Assembly: GCA_964506615.1 (NCBI GenBank)
Contig: CAZDLC010000001.1
Span: 1 to 49,138 of the forward strand
Direction: 5' to 3'
DNA length: 49,138 bases
Origin: an uncultured archaeon
GTDB taxonomy: Archaea > Aenigmatarchaeota > Aenigmatarchaeia > CG10238-14 > SCSR01
How positions within the stretch are numbered: position 1 is the stretch's first letter; each line of letters starts with the position of its first letter. The notes beneath the pieces were generated by a model that had not been told where the DNA came from, searched no databases, and saw nothing but the letters and a program-made list of their open reading frames with translations. The translations under genes were made by a program, and so were the position numbers. Of this stretch, positions 9,066-18,199 are shown piece by piece.

Positions 9066-9485
9066 ATGAGAAGGTTTAAGTTTATAGATATAACAACTGC
9101 TGACGTTGCTTTTGAAGCTTATGGAAAAGATTTGAATGAAGTGTTTGAAAATTCTGCTTTGGCAATGTTTGAAGTTATGATTAATACTAAGCAAATTGAG
9201 CCTAAAATTGAGAAAAGAGTGGAAGCAAGTGGAGAGGATTTGCAATCATTAATGTTTGATTGGTTAAACAAGCTTTTGGTTCTAGTAGATTCGGAAAATC
9301 TTGCCTTTTCTTACTTTGATGTTGAAGTTGATGAAAAGAATTTTAGACTTCAAGCTGTTTGTAAAGGAGAGGAAATAAATAGAGAAAAGCATGAAACAAG
9401 AACAGTTGTAAAAGCTGCTACCATGCATAAGTTAAGGATAGAGAAAAATAAAATTTGGAAAGCCAGAGTAATTTTAGACATATGA
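9066..9485 (+). CDS. Archease
   Basis: MRRFKFIDITTADVAFEAYGKDLNEVFENSALAMFEVM and C-terminal KAATMHKLRIE match the archease family pattern. Size is 139 aa. Confidence 0.9.
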   Translation: MRRFKFIDITTADVAFEAYGKDLNEVFENSALAMFEVMINTKQIEPKIEKRVEASGEDLQSLMFDWLNKLLVLVDSENLAFSYFDVEVDEKNFRLQAVCKGEEINREKHETRTVVKAATMHKLRIEKNKIWKARVILDI

Positions 9486-9522
9486 TTCAAAAAGTAAATA
9501 GCGAGAAAGTTAAATTAATATT

Positions 9523-10122
9523 GTGGATGAAAGAAAGCTAGCTTTAATCCTTTCGATTTTGAAGGAAAATCCAAATCCAAAGTATAAATTAGAGCAATAC
9601 TCTATTACACCAGAAATTGCTTCTCAAGCTCTTTTGCTTGCTAAGGAAGATATTAAAAATAAAGTTGTTTTTGATTTTGGTTGCGGCTCAGGAAGGTTTG
9701 CCATAGGAGCTTCTTTGCTTGGAGCTAAGCTTGCAATAGGAGTAGATGTAGATAAGGAAGTCTTAGAAATAGCAAAAGAAAATGTTAAAAGAGTGGAGGA
9801 AAAAACTGGAATAAAAATTTCAGAAAGGATAAAATGGATTTGTAAGAAAGTTGAAAACTTAGATTTAAAGGGAGATACTGTTATTCAATTTCCTCCTATG
9901 AGTAGAAATGCTGATTTAATTTTCTTGGAAAAGGCTATGGAAACAGGGAAAAAGGTTTATTCTTTTCATAAAGGTACGGAAGAAAAAAAGAATAAAATAG
10001 AGGAAATTGTTAAAAAATTCGGAGGAAAAATAAAGTTCGAGAAAAAGTTTAAGTATAAACTTCCTTGGATGGAAAAAGGCAAATTTGGCTATGAGCTTTC
10101 CTTTTTTTGCATAGAGCTCTGA
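9523..10122 (+). CDS. METTL5/COG2263-like class I SAM-dependent methyltransferase with an atypical motif IV
   Basis: LEQYSITPEIAS, the SAM motif DFGCGSGRFAIGA, and a C-terminal half collinear with my recollection of human METTL5. The expected NPPF site reads FPPM. GTG start. Confidence 0.75.
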   Translation: MDERKLALILSILKENPNPKYKLEQYSITPEIASQALLLAKEDIKNKVVFDFGCGSGRFAIGASLLGAKLAIGVDVDKEVLEIAKENVKRVEEKTGIKISERIKWICKKVENLDLKGDTVIQFPPMSRNADLIFLEKAMETGKKVYSFHKGTEEKKNKIEEIVKKFGGKIKFEKKFKYKLPWMEKGKFGYELSFFCIEL

Positions 10123-10242
10123 ATTTTTTTATTAGCCTCTTCTATTTCATTCAAAAATCTTTTTAACACTCTTGGTAAATCTTTAGGCTCTACTCTAACT
10201 ATTTCTGCAGCTTTTTTTAGTATTTTGTCTTTTTTTCTCAGC

Positions 10243-10644
10243 TCAGAAAAATTCACTTTTGTCACCTAAATATTTTTCTATTATTTTTTTAGAAGGTAGG
10301 AAAATATTCTTAGGTAAATTTTTTAAATCAAACCATTCCCAAGAATTAATTTCTTCTTCCAAGTTTTTTGGTTCCCCATTAAATTCTTCTGCAATAAAAC
10401 CTAAGGTTACAAAATGATTATCTTCAAAAATATCATTGTTCACACAAATGAATTTTAATCCTTTTATTTCCAAGCCAGTTTCTTCTCTAACTTCCCTTTT
10501 TGCGCATTCCTCAAAACTTTCACCAAATTCAAGCTTTCCTCCAGGAAGGGAATATGTGTTTTCTCCTGGCCTTTTATTTCTTTTCCCGAGCAAGACTTTT
10601 CCATCTTTAATTATCAAAACCCCTATACCAACTATAGGTCTCAT
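10243..10644 (-). CDS. NUDIX hydrolase
   Basis: Complete Nudix box GGKLEFGESFEECAKREVREETGL. Confidence 0.9.
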   Translation of the reverse strand: MRPIVGIGVLIIKDGKVLLGKRNKRPGENTYSLPGGKLEFGESFEECAKREVREETGLEIKGLKFICVNNDIFEDNHFVTLGFIAEEFNGEPKNLEEEINSWEWFDLKNLPKNIFLPSKKIIEKYLGDKSEFF

Positions 10645-10677
10645 TAAGTATTTATTTGAGTAATTAAAATTTTAAAT

Positions 10678-11103
10678 GTGAATGTAAGGAAGGAGCAGTT
10701 TGTTTTGCACGTTTTAATAAGCTTTTTTTCTCTATTCTTAGGCTTAAGCATTTTCACTTTTTACATCTTAGCCTTTCTTTACCAAAAGGAATGGGTTTCT
10801 TCCCTTTTACTAAATTCTTCCCTTTTACTAACGGCAATCCTTCAATTCACTTCGAGCATTTTTTTAATTCTAACAGGTTTTTCTTTCTTGTTTTCTTGGA
10901 AATCTCTTTCAAAATTTAATGAAAAAATCTTGAGAAAAATGAGGGAAAATTTTGAAGAAGAATTCAAAAGGAAGAGGAAAATTATCTTAGTATTTCTCCT
11001 ATTTATCGGAATAATTTCTATCCCGCTTTACTTTTTAGGAGCAATAGCTTATTTTGCAATTTTTCTTTTCTTAACTCTTTTGTTCCTTTATATTCTTCTC
11101 TAA
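10678..11103 (+). CDS. Hypothetical multi-pass membrane protein
   Basis: GTG start and four hydrophobic segments. No recognisable family. Its 3' end overlaps the convergent alaS by 33 nt. Confidence 0.4.
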   Translation: MNVRKEQFVLHVLISFFSLFLGLSIFTFYILAFLYQKEWVSSLLLNSSLLLTAILQFTSSIFLILTGFSFLFSWKSLSKFNEKILRKMRENFEEEFKRKRKIILVFLLFIGIISIPLYFLGAIAYFAIFLFLTLLFLYILL

Positions 11104-13425
11104 CTTTTTTAATTCTTTCATCTTCTTCTTCCATACTTTAAAAAGTCTTTCAACAGCTTCAGGCACATCTTCATACTTGCAATTTAAAATTTTTGAAACT
11201 TCTTCCAAAATTTTTTCACTTTCTTTTAAATAATTTAGCGAAACTTCACCAGAACAAAATTCTATTCTAACTATACCGTCTGCAATCCTTTTAGTTCTAA
11301 GTATAATAATCGGACCTACTTCCTTTGTTGAAAAGCAATGCAAGCCACCACATGCTTCATGTTCTTCACCAAAAGAAACTATTCTAACATTTTTTTCGTT
11401 CAGAGGACCGCCCTGATAAATTATGAAGCCATATTTTTTCTCAGCTTCTCCTCTCGGCAATACTTCAATTTTAACTTCAAAATCTTTATCTACAATTTCA
11501 TTAGCAATTTTTTCAATTTTTTCAATTTCTTCTTCGCTTAAAGCTTGGAAGTGAGTTATATCAAGCCTTGCTTTTTCTACACTTTTTTCAGCTCCGTACT
11601 GCCAAACATGCTTTCCTAAAACTTTTCTTGAAGAATAGTTTACTATGTGAGTAGCTGTATGATGTCTTCTTAAAATTTCTCTTCTTTTTCCATCAACTTC
11701 ACATTCAACAACTTTTCCTTCTTCTACTTTGCCAGGAAGCTTGTGAATTATTATTTTTCCAATTTTTTGGACATCCAGAACTTCCAAACCATCTATAAAA
11801 CCTTTATCGTGTAGCTGACCTCCGGAAGTTGGATAGAATGCTGTTTGGTCTAAAACAACCCAATTCTCAAAATTTTTCAAAACTTTTGCCTTGAATTTTA
11901 ACAAGTTTGGATCTTCATAAAATAAAAGTTTTGTTTCTGGTATACCAGCTAATTCAAAAGGAATTTTTTCTTCTTTTTGTTTTTCTTTCATATGCATTTC
12001 AGTAATCTTTGAGTAAAAGTCAGGAGGAATTTCTATTTTTAAACCTGCATCTTTCAGTTGTTCAGGAGTAATTCCTTCTGAATCATAAAGCTTAACCAAT
12101 TCCTCTTGAGTAGGAATTTTTCCACTTTTTATATAACTTTCAACTAATCTTTTACTCCTTTCTTTTGCTTGCTTGTATCTTTCAATTTCCACTTCCAAAA
12201 CTTTTTCGATTTGTTTTTTATTTTCTTCGAGATTTGGAAACAACTTTTTAAGCTCTTCTATATGCCAAAAGCAGATTTCAACAAAGTTAAAATTCCAGTT
12301 GAATTTATCTATGAAACTTAAGGCTCTCCTTAAAATTACTCTTAAATTGTAACCTCCTGCTGTGTTGCTTGGGATTCCTCCGTCTGAAATGGCAAAAACT
12401 AAGCCTCTAGAATGGTCTGCGATGGAATATAAAGCTTGGAATGGCTCTATCTTTTTCTTTAATTTTTCGACAGAAATTCCAATATTTTTTGAGATATTCT
12501 TTAAAGCAATTTCTATGTTGCTAGATTCTTCTACGTTTATCTTCCCACAAAGTCTAAAATACTTTTCCAAAATTTCATCAGTTTCTAAGCCACAAATTTC
12601 TTTCATTTTTTCAACTACACTACCAAAAACTGAATCATAGCTAGTTAAGCTTCCTTGAGTAATCCAGCAAAACCTTTCTAGTCCAGCACCCATATCTATT
12701 ACTTTCTTTTCCATTTCTACAAATCCATTATTTTTAATTTCAAATTCAGTGAAAACTGCATTCCCTAGCTCTAGACCTTTCACATGATATTCTAAGCTTG
12801 GCCCGAAAGCATTAGGACCTAACCATACATCTTCTATAAAAACTATTTCCTCTGGTTTTATTCCAAAAACTTTTGTTAGTAATTGAAAATCTAAATTTAT
12901 GCATTCATTTTTCCAATATCCTTTTTTTTCTTCAAATAATGAGCTTTGTTGTACCATGAAGAAGCAAGAATAGCTTCTAGAGTTCAAGCCTACATTTGGC
13001 AAATCGTTAAATCTTAAACAAGGTTGAATAAGGATTGAAGGATTTGCAGGGAACTCAAAGTCAAGCTTATCATCGCTCATTCTATAAAAATCTACTATAC
13101 CGGCAATTGTAAAATATAAAGGGAACCACCTGCAAACTATAGGATAAGGTTTAAGTAAAGTATGCCCATTCGATACAAAAAATTTTTCTATTTCTTTCCA
13201 TGTTTCAAATAAATTAAGCTTTCTTTTAGTAAGCGGCTTACCTATAAATTCATATTCTCTACAACTAGAATCGTTGCAAACTTCTTGCTCAGTTAAAGTC
13301 CAAAAAAACTTTCCACAATTTTTACATCTTTTTCTTTTAAAGCCAAGCTCATCGAAAAGCTCAACTTTCCAATATTTTTCTGAATCTTTTTGAAGTTCTT
13401 TTATCAAATCCTCTTTTGTTATCAT
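11071..13425 (-). CDS. alaS: Alanyl-tRNA synthetase (archaeal type), short at 784 aa
   Basis: Archaeal N-terminal zinc-ribbon-like CKNCGKFFW, a class II core, and editing-domain motifs HHTATH and CGGLHC. The protein ends about 90 aa after CGGLHC. Confidence 0.95.
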   Translation of the reverse strand: MITKEDLIKELQKDSEKYWKVELFDELGFKRKRCKNCGKFFWTLTEQEVCNDSSCREYEFIGKPLTKRKLNLFETWKEIEKFFVSNGHTLLKPYPIVCRWFPLYFTIAGIVDFYRMSDDKLDFEFPANPSILIQPCLRFNDLPNVGLNSRSYSCFFMVQQSSLFEEKKGYWKNECINLDFQLLTKVFGIKPEEIVFIEDVWLGPNAFGPSLEYHVKGLELGNAVFTEFEIKNNGFVEMEKKVIDMGAGLERFCWITQGSLTSYDSVFGSVVEKMKEICGLETDEILEKYFRLCGKINVEESSNIEIALKNISKNIGISVEKLKKKIEPFQALYSIADHSRGLVFAISDGGIPSNTAGGYNLRVILRRALSFIDKFNWNFNFVEICFWHIEELKKLFPNLEENKKQIEKVLEVEIERYKQAKERSKRLVESYIKSGKIPTQEELVKLYDSEGITPEQLKDAGLKIEIPPDFYSKITEMHMKEKQKEEKIPFELAGIPETKLLFYEDPNLLKFKAKVLKNFENWVVLDQTAFYPTSGGQLHDKGFIDGLEVLDVQKIGKIIIHKLPGKVEEGKVVECEVDGKRREILRRHHTATHIVNYSSRKVLGKHVWQYGAEKSVEKARLDITHFQALSEEEIEKIEKIANEIVDKDFEVKIEVLPRGEAEKKYGFIIYQGGPLNEKNVRIVSFGEEHEACGGLHCFSTKEVGPIIILRTKRIADGIVRIEFCSGEVSLNYLKESEKILEEVSKILNCKYEDVPEAVERLFKVWKKKMKELKKLEKNIKEQKS

Positions 13426-13456
13426 ACTATAATTTTTCTAATTGAAAGTTAAAAAT

Positions 13457-14701
13457 CTATAAACTTAAGAAAGAAGCTAAGGTAGAATCCAAGCCTGAGA
13501 AGAATAGAATTGAAGCAAAAAGGAGGCAACCCATGCAATGGCTTCTTCTAACTTTTAAATAATTGCATAAAAGCCCGATAGAAGTTGAAGTAAAAGCTAT
13601 TAGCAAACCAAAAATTCCTGTGAGCAAAAATATCATGAAAATCAAAAAAATTATCATTACTAAGCAAAGAATTCTATAATTTATTTTTTCAAGATATTTT
13701 GGAATTTTCTTTCCTAAGAAAAGAGTGAGCAATGCAGCAATTCCTGAGGAAAAGCAAATTATCCCTATGAAAAGTATAACTTCAAAAAAATTTATTTCAC
13801 CTAGAATTCTTTGTAAAGCAACACTAGGGCCACTTCTAGGATTTGAAACTAAGTATAAAGAAATTAGGGAAAAAACCTCATTTCCTATGTTTATTCCGCT
13901 TAAAGTTATTAAAAAACTTCTTGCTTCGCTCATTTTGCCGATATATTGAGCTATAGAAGCTACCTCGCTTATTCCGACTGCAGGTAAAAATCCTGCAAAA
14001 ATCCCAGCAACAGAGCCAAGAAACATTGATTTTGCAATTTCCTTTTTAGAAATTTTTAATTTGTTATCATCTTCTTGCTTAGGAATTTTAGAAGTTTCAG
14101 AAACGCTTATTATAAGAGTTGACAAGCCAAAGAATCCTGTTAAAATCGGGAATAGAACATTTTCCTGACTTACTAAGGAAGAATTCAAGCAAATAAACCC
14201 AAAAATCCCCGAAATTAAAAAAATTAAAGATGCGAAGAGGATTTTTCTTAATTTTCTTTCAGAAACTATCATGAAAATTACAAAACCCATTATTACCCAA
14301 TGGATAAATGCTCTTGAAAATTTGTATAAAGCTTTGAACCATAGAGAAAAGATTGAAATTATAGCTAAAGTTAAAATTAACCCACCAATTCCTCCTATTA
14401 CAGTTAATTTTATTGCTTCATATCCTCTTCCTTCTAAAAGCAACTTGTGGCCTGGTAAGACGGAAAGAGCTGTATTTGCCTCAGGTGCTCCTATGAATAT
14501 GCTTGATATAAAATTCACGAAAATTTCTGTTACTGAAGTAGAAACTATTAGAATTGCTACGTAGTGCGGAGCCATTTTAAACCAAAAACCAAGGAATAGA
14601 ATAAATGGTAAGAGCGTGTTGATATGCATACCAGGAATAATTCCTGCAAATACTCCAATAACAATACCAAATAAACAAATACCCAAAATTTCAAGCATCA
14701 T
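13457..14701 (-). CDS. TctA-like / DUF112-family integral membrane protein
   Basis: About 10 or more TM segments. The N-terminal GIVIGVFAGIIPGMH and later GSVAGIFAGFLPAVG repeats resemble the DUF112 signature. Confidence 0.55.
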   Translation of the reverse strand: MMLEILGICLFGIVIGVFAGIIPGMHINTLLPFILFLGFWFKMAPHYVAILIVSTSVTEIFVNFISSIFIGAPEANTALSVLPGHKLLLEGRGYEAIKLTVIGGIGGLILTLAIISIFSLWFKALYKFSRAFIHWVIMGFVIFMIVSERKLRKILFASLIFLISGIFGFICLNSSLVSQENVLFPILTGFFGLSTLIISVSETSKIPKQEDDNKLKISKKEIAKSMFLGSVAGIFAGFLPAVGISEVASIAQYIGKMSEARSFLITLSGINIGNEVFSLISLYLVSNPRSGPSVALQRILGEINFFEVILFIGIICFSSGIAALLTLFLGKKIPKYLEKINYRILCLVMIIFLIFMIFLLTGIFGLLIAFTSTSIGLLCNYLKVRRSHCMGCLLFASILFFSGLDSTLASFLSL

Positions 14702-15087
14702 CTTAACCTTAAATCTTCAACTTTTCTTGGAATTATCTGCAATTGTCCTTGGTATTCGTCTACAACTCCTCTTACTTCTAAAATTCTTCCGATAAAGAAA
14801 TCCTCTTCCTCAATTCCATTTTCTCCCATTTTGTTCATCAAACTCGAAAAAATAGGAACCTGAATTTTTGAATTTTTTTCTTCTAAACTTAAAAATAAAT
14901 GGCCTGCAGGATGTAATTTCTTATAAACTATTTTTCCTCTAGTACTTACAACTCTACCGATTAATTCATGGTTTATTTGAGATATTTCAATTTCAACAGG
15001 CTCAATATTTTTAGCAGCGAAATAAGTTAAAATCAAGCCTGTTAAAGAGCAAAAAGAGCAAGCTAGCAAAATAAATTTTTCTTCCAT
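14698..15087 (-). CDS. Membrane-anchored OB-fold protein (nucleic-acid-binding-type OB)
   Basis: An N-terminal TM helix followed by VSTRGKIV...LEVRGVVDEYQGQLQIIP, which resembles an OB-fold anticodon-binding-type domain. Overlaps the downstream DUF112 gene by 4 nt. Confidence 0.35.
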   Translation of the reverse strand: MEEKFILLACSFCSLTGLILTYFAAKNIEPVEIEISQINHELIGRVVSTRGKIVYKKLHPAGHLFLSLEEKNSKIQVPIFSSLMNKMGENGIEEEDFFIGRILEVRGVVDEYQGQLQIIPRKVEDLRLR

Positions 15088-15143
15088 GATTTTTTGAAAA
15101 AATTGAAATAAAATAAAAAGTTAGAACCTTTTGAGTGGTTAAT

Positions 15144-18134
15144 TTATCTGCTAAAAGCTATCTCTATTTTTTTATCAAAAAACTCTAAGCTACTTCTTAT
15201 TTCCCCTTCTAATTTTCCTATTTCAACTTTGGCCATAATTTCCTCTTCTAATTTTTTAGAAAATCTCTTCAAAATTTCATTCGTTTTTTCATCCGAATTT
15301 AAAGTAAGTAAAATTTTTTCTTTAACATTAAAACCATAATCCTTCCTCATAGATTGAACTTTTCTTATGAGCTCTCTTATTAGGCATTCGTTAAAAATTT
15401 CTTGGTCAAAAGTTTTGTCTATGAAAATTGTTCCAAATTCAAAATCTAATTTAACCCATTCACCCTGTGGTAATTCTTCTCCAAAATGAATTTCCTTCGA
15501 GTTGCACATTCTAGCCAAAACATCCTTTGTAACTTCAACTGCCTCTTTAATTTTATTCTCCTTGCTTGAAATTAAAATCATTTTAACGGGCCATCTTAAC
15601 TTAATTTTTTCTCTTTGTCTGAGAGAATAGCAGGCTTCTATAATCTTTTTAGCTATTTCCATCTTTTCTTCCAAGTTTTTATCGATTAAATTCTCATCTG
15701 GAGAAGGCCAGCTACAAAGATGAACTGATTTCTTCTTTTCCTTTCCATATTTTTTCAAGTTTTGATAAATTTCTTCTGAAATGAATGGCGAAATAGGAGA
15801 CAAAATTTTAGCTAAGGTTATTAAAACTTTATAAAGGCAAGCTAAAGCAGCTTTTTTATCTTCATCCTCTTTAGAAATCCAAACTCTATCCCTTATTAAT
15901 TTTATGTAGAATCTGCTCAAGTCGTTTACTATAAAATTACCGATTTTTCTTCCGACAAGATGAAATTCAAAATTTTCCAAATTTTCTTCTACTTCTTTTA
16001 TTAGACTGTTGATTCTTGACAATATCCATTTATCCTCAACTTTCAAATTATATTCCTTAAGCTCAAATTCAGAAGAGTAAAGGAGGAAAAAAGAATAAGA
16101 ATTCCACAAAATATTAAAAATTTTCCTTACTTCTTCTGCAGTTTTAAAGCTAAAGTTTTGCTCTTCCCAAGGAGCAACTTCCCAGCAGAAGTAAAATCTT
16201 AGTATATCTGCTCCCAATCTTTCGATAGCTTCACTTGCCCAAATAACATTTCCCAAAGACTTGCTCATTTTTTCTCCTTTTTCATCTAGAACCCAGCCGT
16301 TCATGCAAACTGTTTTGAATGGTGATTCATCAAAAACAGAGACACCGCAGAAAATTAAACTGTAGAACCATCCTCTTATTTGGTCTTGACTTTCATCTAT
16401 AAGGTCAACCGGCCACAAACGCTCAAAAATTTCTTTGTTTTTAAATGGATATCCCAAAGAAGCCCATGGTGAAACACCTGAATCAAACCAAACATCCAGA
16501 ATATCAGGAACTTTTTTCATGTCAGAGCCGCAATTTTGACAAATTAACTTTATTCTATCAACAACATGTTTATGTAAATTCAACTTCTTTGGCAATTTTT
16601 CCTTAGATTTGCTTCTTAACTCCTCTTCTGAACCTATAACTTCTATTTTCTGACATTTCTCGCAAATCCAAACAGGCATAGGTATTCCCCAATATCTTTG
16701 TCTTGATATACACCAATCAACTGCCTCGCTAAGCCAATTTCTAAACCTTTCTTTTCCAAATTCAGGAAGCCATTTAACTTTTTCATTTTCTTTAATCATC
16801 TTTTCCTTAATCAAATCAACAGAGAAAAACCATTGCTTAGTTAATCTAAAGATTAAAGGTGATTTGCATCTCCAGCACAATGGATAAGAGTGAATTACCC
16901 ATGTAAAGTACAATAATCTGTTTTTCTTTTCCAATTTTTCAACAATTTTTTTATCCGCTTCTTTAACAAAAATCCCTCTAAACTCACCTGCTTGAGAATC
17001 AAATTTACCCTCATCATCTACAGGAGAAACAGAAGGTAAATTATAGTGCTGGCCAACATAATAGTCTTCTGGTCCATGGCCTGGAGCAACGTGAACACAA
17101 CCAGAACCTTCTTCTGCATTTACAAAATCAAAAAATTCTGCCTTCATCTTTTCATATTTTTCTAAAATACCATGCTTGTAAGATTTTGATTTTAAAACAG
17201 GAATTGAAAGAATTATCCTATGGGCATTTTCTTGAGACTTGAGCTTTTCTTGAATTGGAACATCAAGCACTGGCAAATATTTTAAACCTGCTAACTCTTT
17301 CCCCAAGAACTTTTCTTCAATTTCATAATCTACCTTTACTAATTCTTTAAGTACAGCTTCTACCCTTTTTTCAGAAATTATTAGCTTTTCTTTTCCCACT
17401 CTAGCTTTAACATAATATTCGTCTGGATGAACAGCTATAGCTACATTACTAACTAAAGTCCAAGGTGTAGTAGTAGAAATTACTATATACTCATTATCCT
17501 TTCCAGCTATTTGAAATTTAACGTATATATTTGGATCTTTAACTTCCTCATAGCTATCTGTAACTTCATAGCCAGATAAAGCTGTTTGACAGTGAGGACA
17601 CCAATAAGTAGGTTTTTCCCCTTGATAAAGCATTCCCTTTTCTGCCATTTTCTTGAAAGTCCACCACGCTGATTGTATATAATAATTTTCAACTGTTAAG
17701 TAAGGATTTACCCATCCACGCCATGCACCAAGCTTCTTATACAACTCAAGCCAAATTTTTTCATTACCTCTTGCTTTTTCTTCGCACTTTTTCATAAAAT
17801 TTTCTATACCAACTTTTTCCTCTATATCCTTCTTAGAAGTTAATCCCAACTCTTTTTCAACCATGTTTTCTATTGGTAAGCCATGACAATCAAAACCTGG
17901 CTGAAACCAAGAGGAAAATCCCTGCATAAATTTGAACTTAGACCAAATGTCTTTAAGGGTAGTTGTTTTTATATGGCCAACATGAGGCTCAGCATTTACG
18001 TAAGGAGGACCATCTAAAAGATAAAACTTCTTTTTCTTCTTGTCGAAGCGAGTAATAATTCTAGGAATTTTATTACTTTCCCAAAAATTGAGTATCTTAT
18101 TTTCTATAGCTTTGTGATTATAATACTCTACCAT
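15144..18134 (-). CDS. ileS: Isoleucyl-tRNA synthetase
   Basis: PPYVNAEPHVGH (HIGH), KMSKSLGN, WCISRQRYWGIPMP, and Zn-binding CWRC / CxxC pairs. Confidence 0.95.
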   Translation of the reverse strand: MVEYYNHKAIENKILNFWESNKIPRIITRFDKKKKKFYLLDGPPYVNAEPHVGHIKTTTLKDIWSKFKFMQGFSSWFQPGFDCHGLPIENMVEKELGLTSKKDIEEKVGIENFMKKCEEKARGNEKIWLELYKKLGAWRGWVNPYLTVENYYIQSAWWTFKKMAEKGMLYQGEKPTYWCPHCQTALSGYEVTDSYEEVKDPNIYVKFQIAGKDNEYIVISTTTPWTLVSNVAIAVHPDEYYVKARVGKEKLIISEKRVEAVLKELVKVDYEIEEKFLGKELAGLKYLPVLDVPIQEKLKSQENAHRIILSIPVLKSKSYKHGILEKYEKMKAEFFDFVNAEEGSGCVHVAPGHGPEDYYVGQHYNLPSVSPVDDEGKFDSQAGEFRGIFVKEADKKIVEKLEKKNRLLYFTWVIHSYPLCWRCKSPLIFRLTKQWFFSVDLIKEKMIKENEKVKWLPEFGKERFRNWLSEAVDWCISRQRYWGIPMPVWICEKCQKIEVIGSEEELRSKSKEKLPKKLNLHKHVVDRIKLICQNCGSDMKKVPDILDVWFDSGVSPWASLGYPFKNKEIFERLWPVDLIDESQDQIRGWFYSLIFCGVSVFDESPFKTVCMNGWVLDEKGEKMSKSLGNVIWASEAIERLGADILRFYFCWEVAPWEEQNFSFKTAEEVRKIFNILWNSYSFFLLYSSEFELKEYNLKVEDKWILSRINSLIKEVEENLENFEFHLVGRKIGNFIVNDLSRFYIKLIRDRVWISKEDEDKKAALACLYKVLITLAKILSPISPFISEEIYQNLKKYGKEKKKSVHLCSWPSPDENLIDKNLEEKMEIAKKIIEACYSLRQREKIKLRWPVKMILISSKENKIKEAVEVTKDVLARMCNSKEIHFGEELPQGEWVKLDFEFGTIFIDKTFDQEIFNECLIRELIRKVQSMRKDYGFNVKEKILLTLNSDEKTNEILKRFSKKLEEEIMAKVEIGKLEGEIRSSLEFFDKKIEIAFSR

Positions 18135-18199
18135 AGAATAAACTTTGGTAAAGGATAAATTAAAATTTTATTTTAGGCCGAAAAGTTATAAAAATAGTA

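Noticed and set aside
10089-10259. Roughly 56-codon minus-strand ORF (GTG start) downstream of the NUDIX gene. Its peptide KILKKAAEIVRVEPKDLPRVLKRFLNEIEEANKKI resembles the helical linker at the C-terminus of AlaRS.
   Set aside because: It has no ATG and overlaps the 3' ends of two well-supported genes. The similarity is a short amphipathic helix pattern that could arise by chance. It repeats, rather than continues, the alaS C-terminus. A tBLASTn conservation test would be needed.
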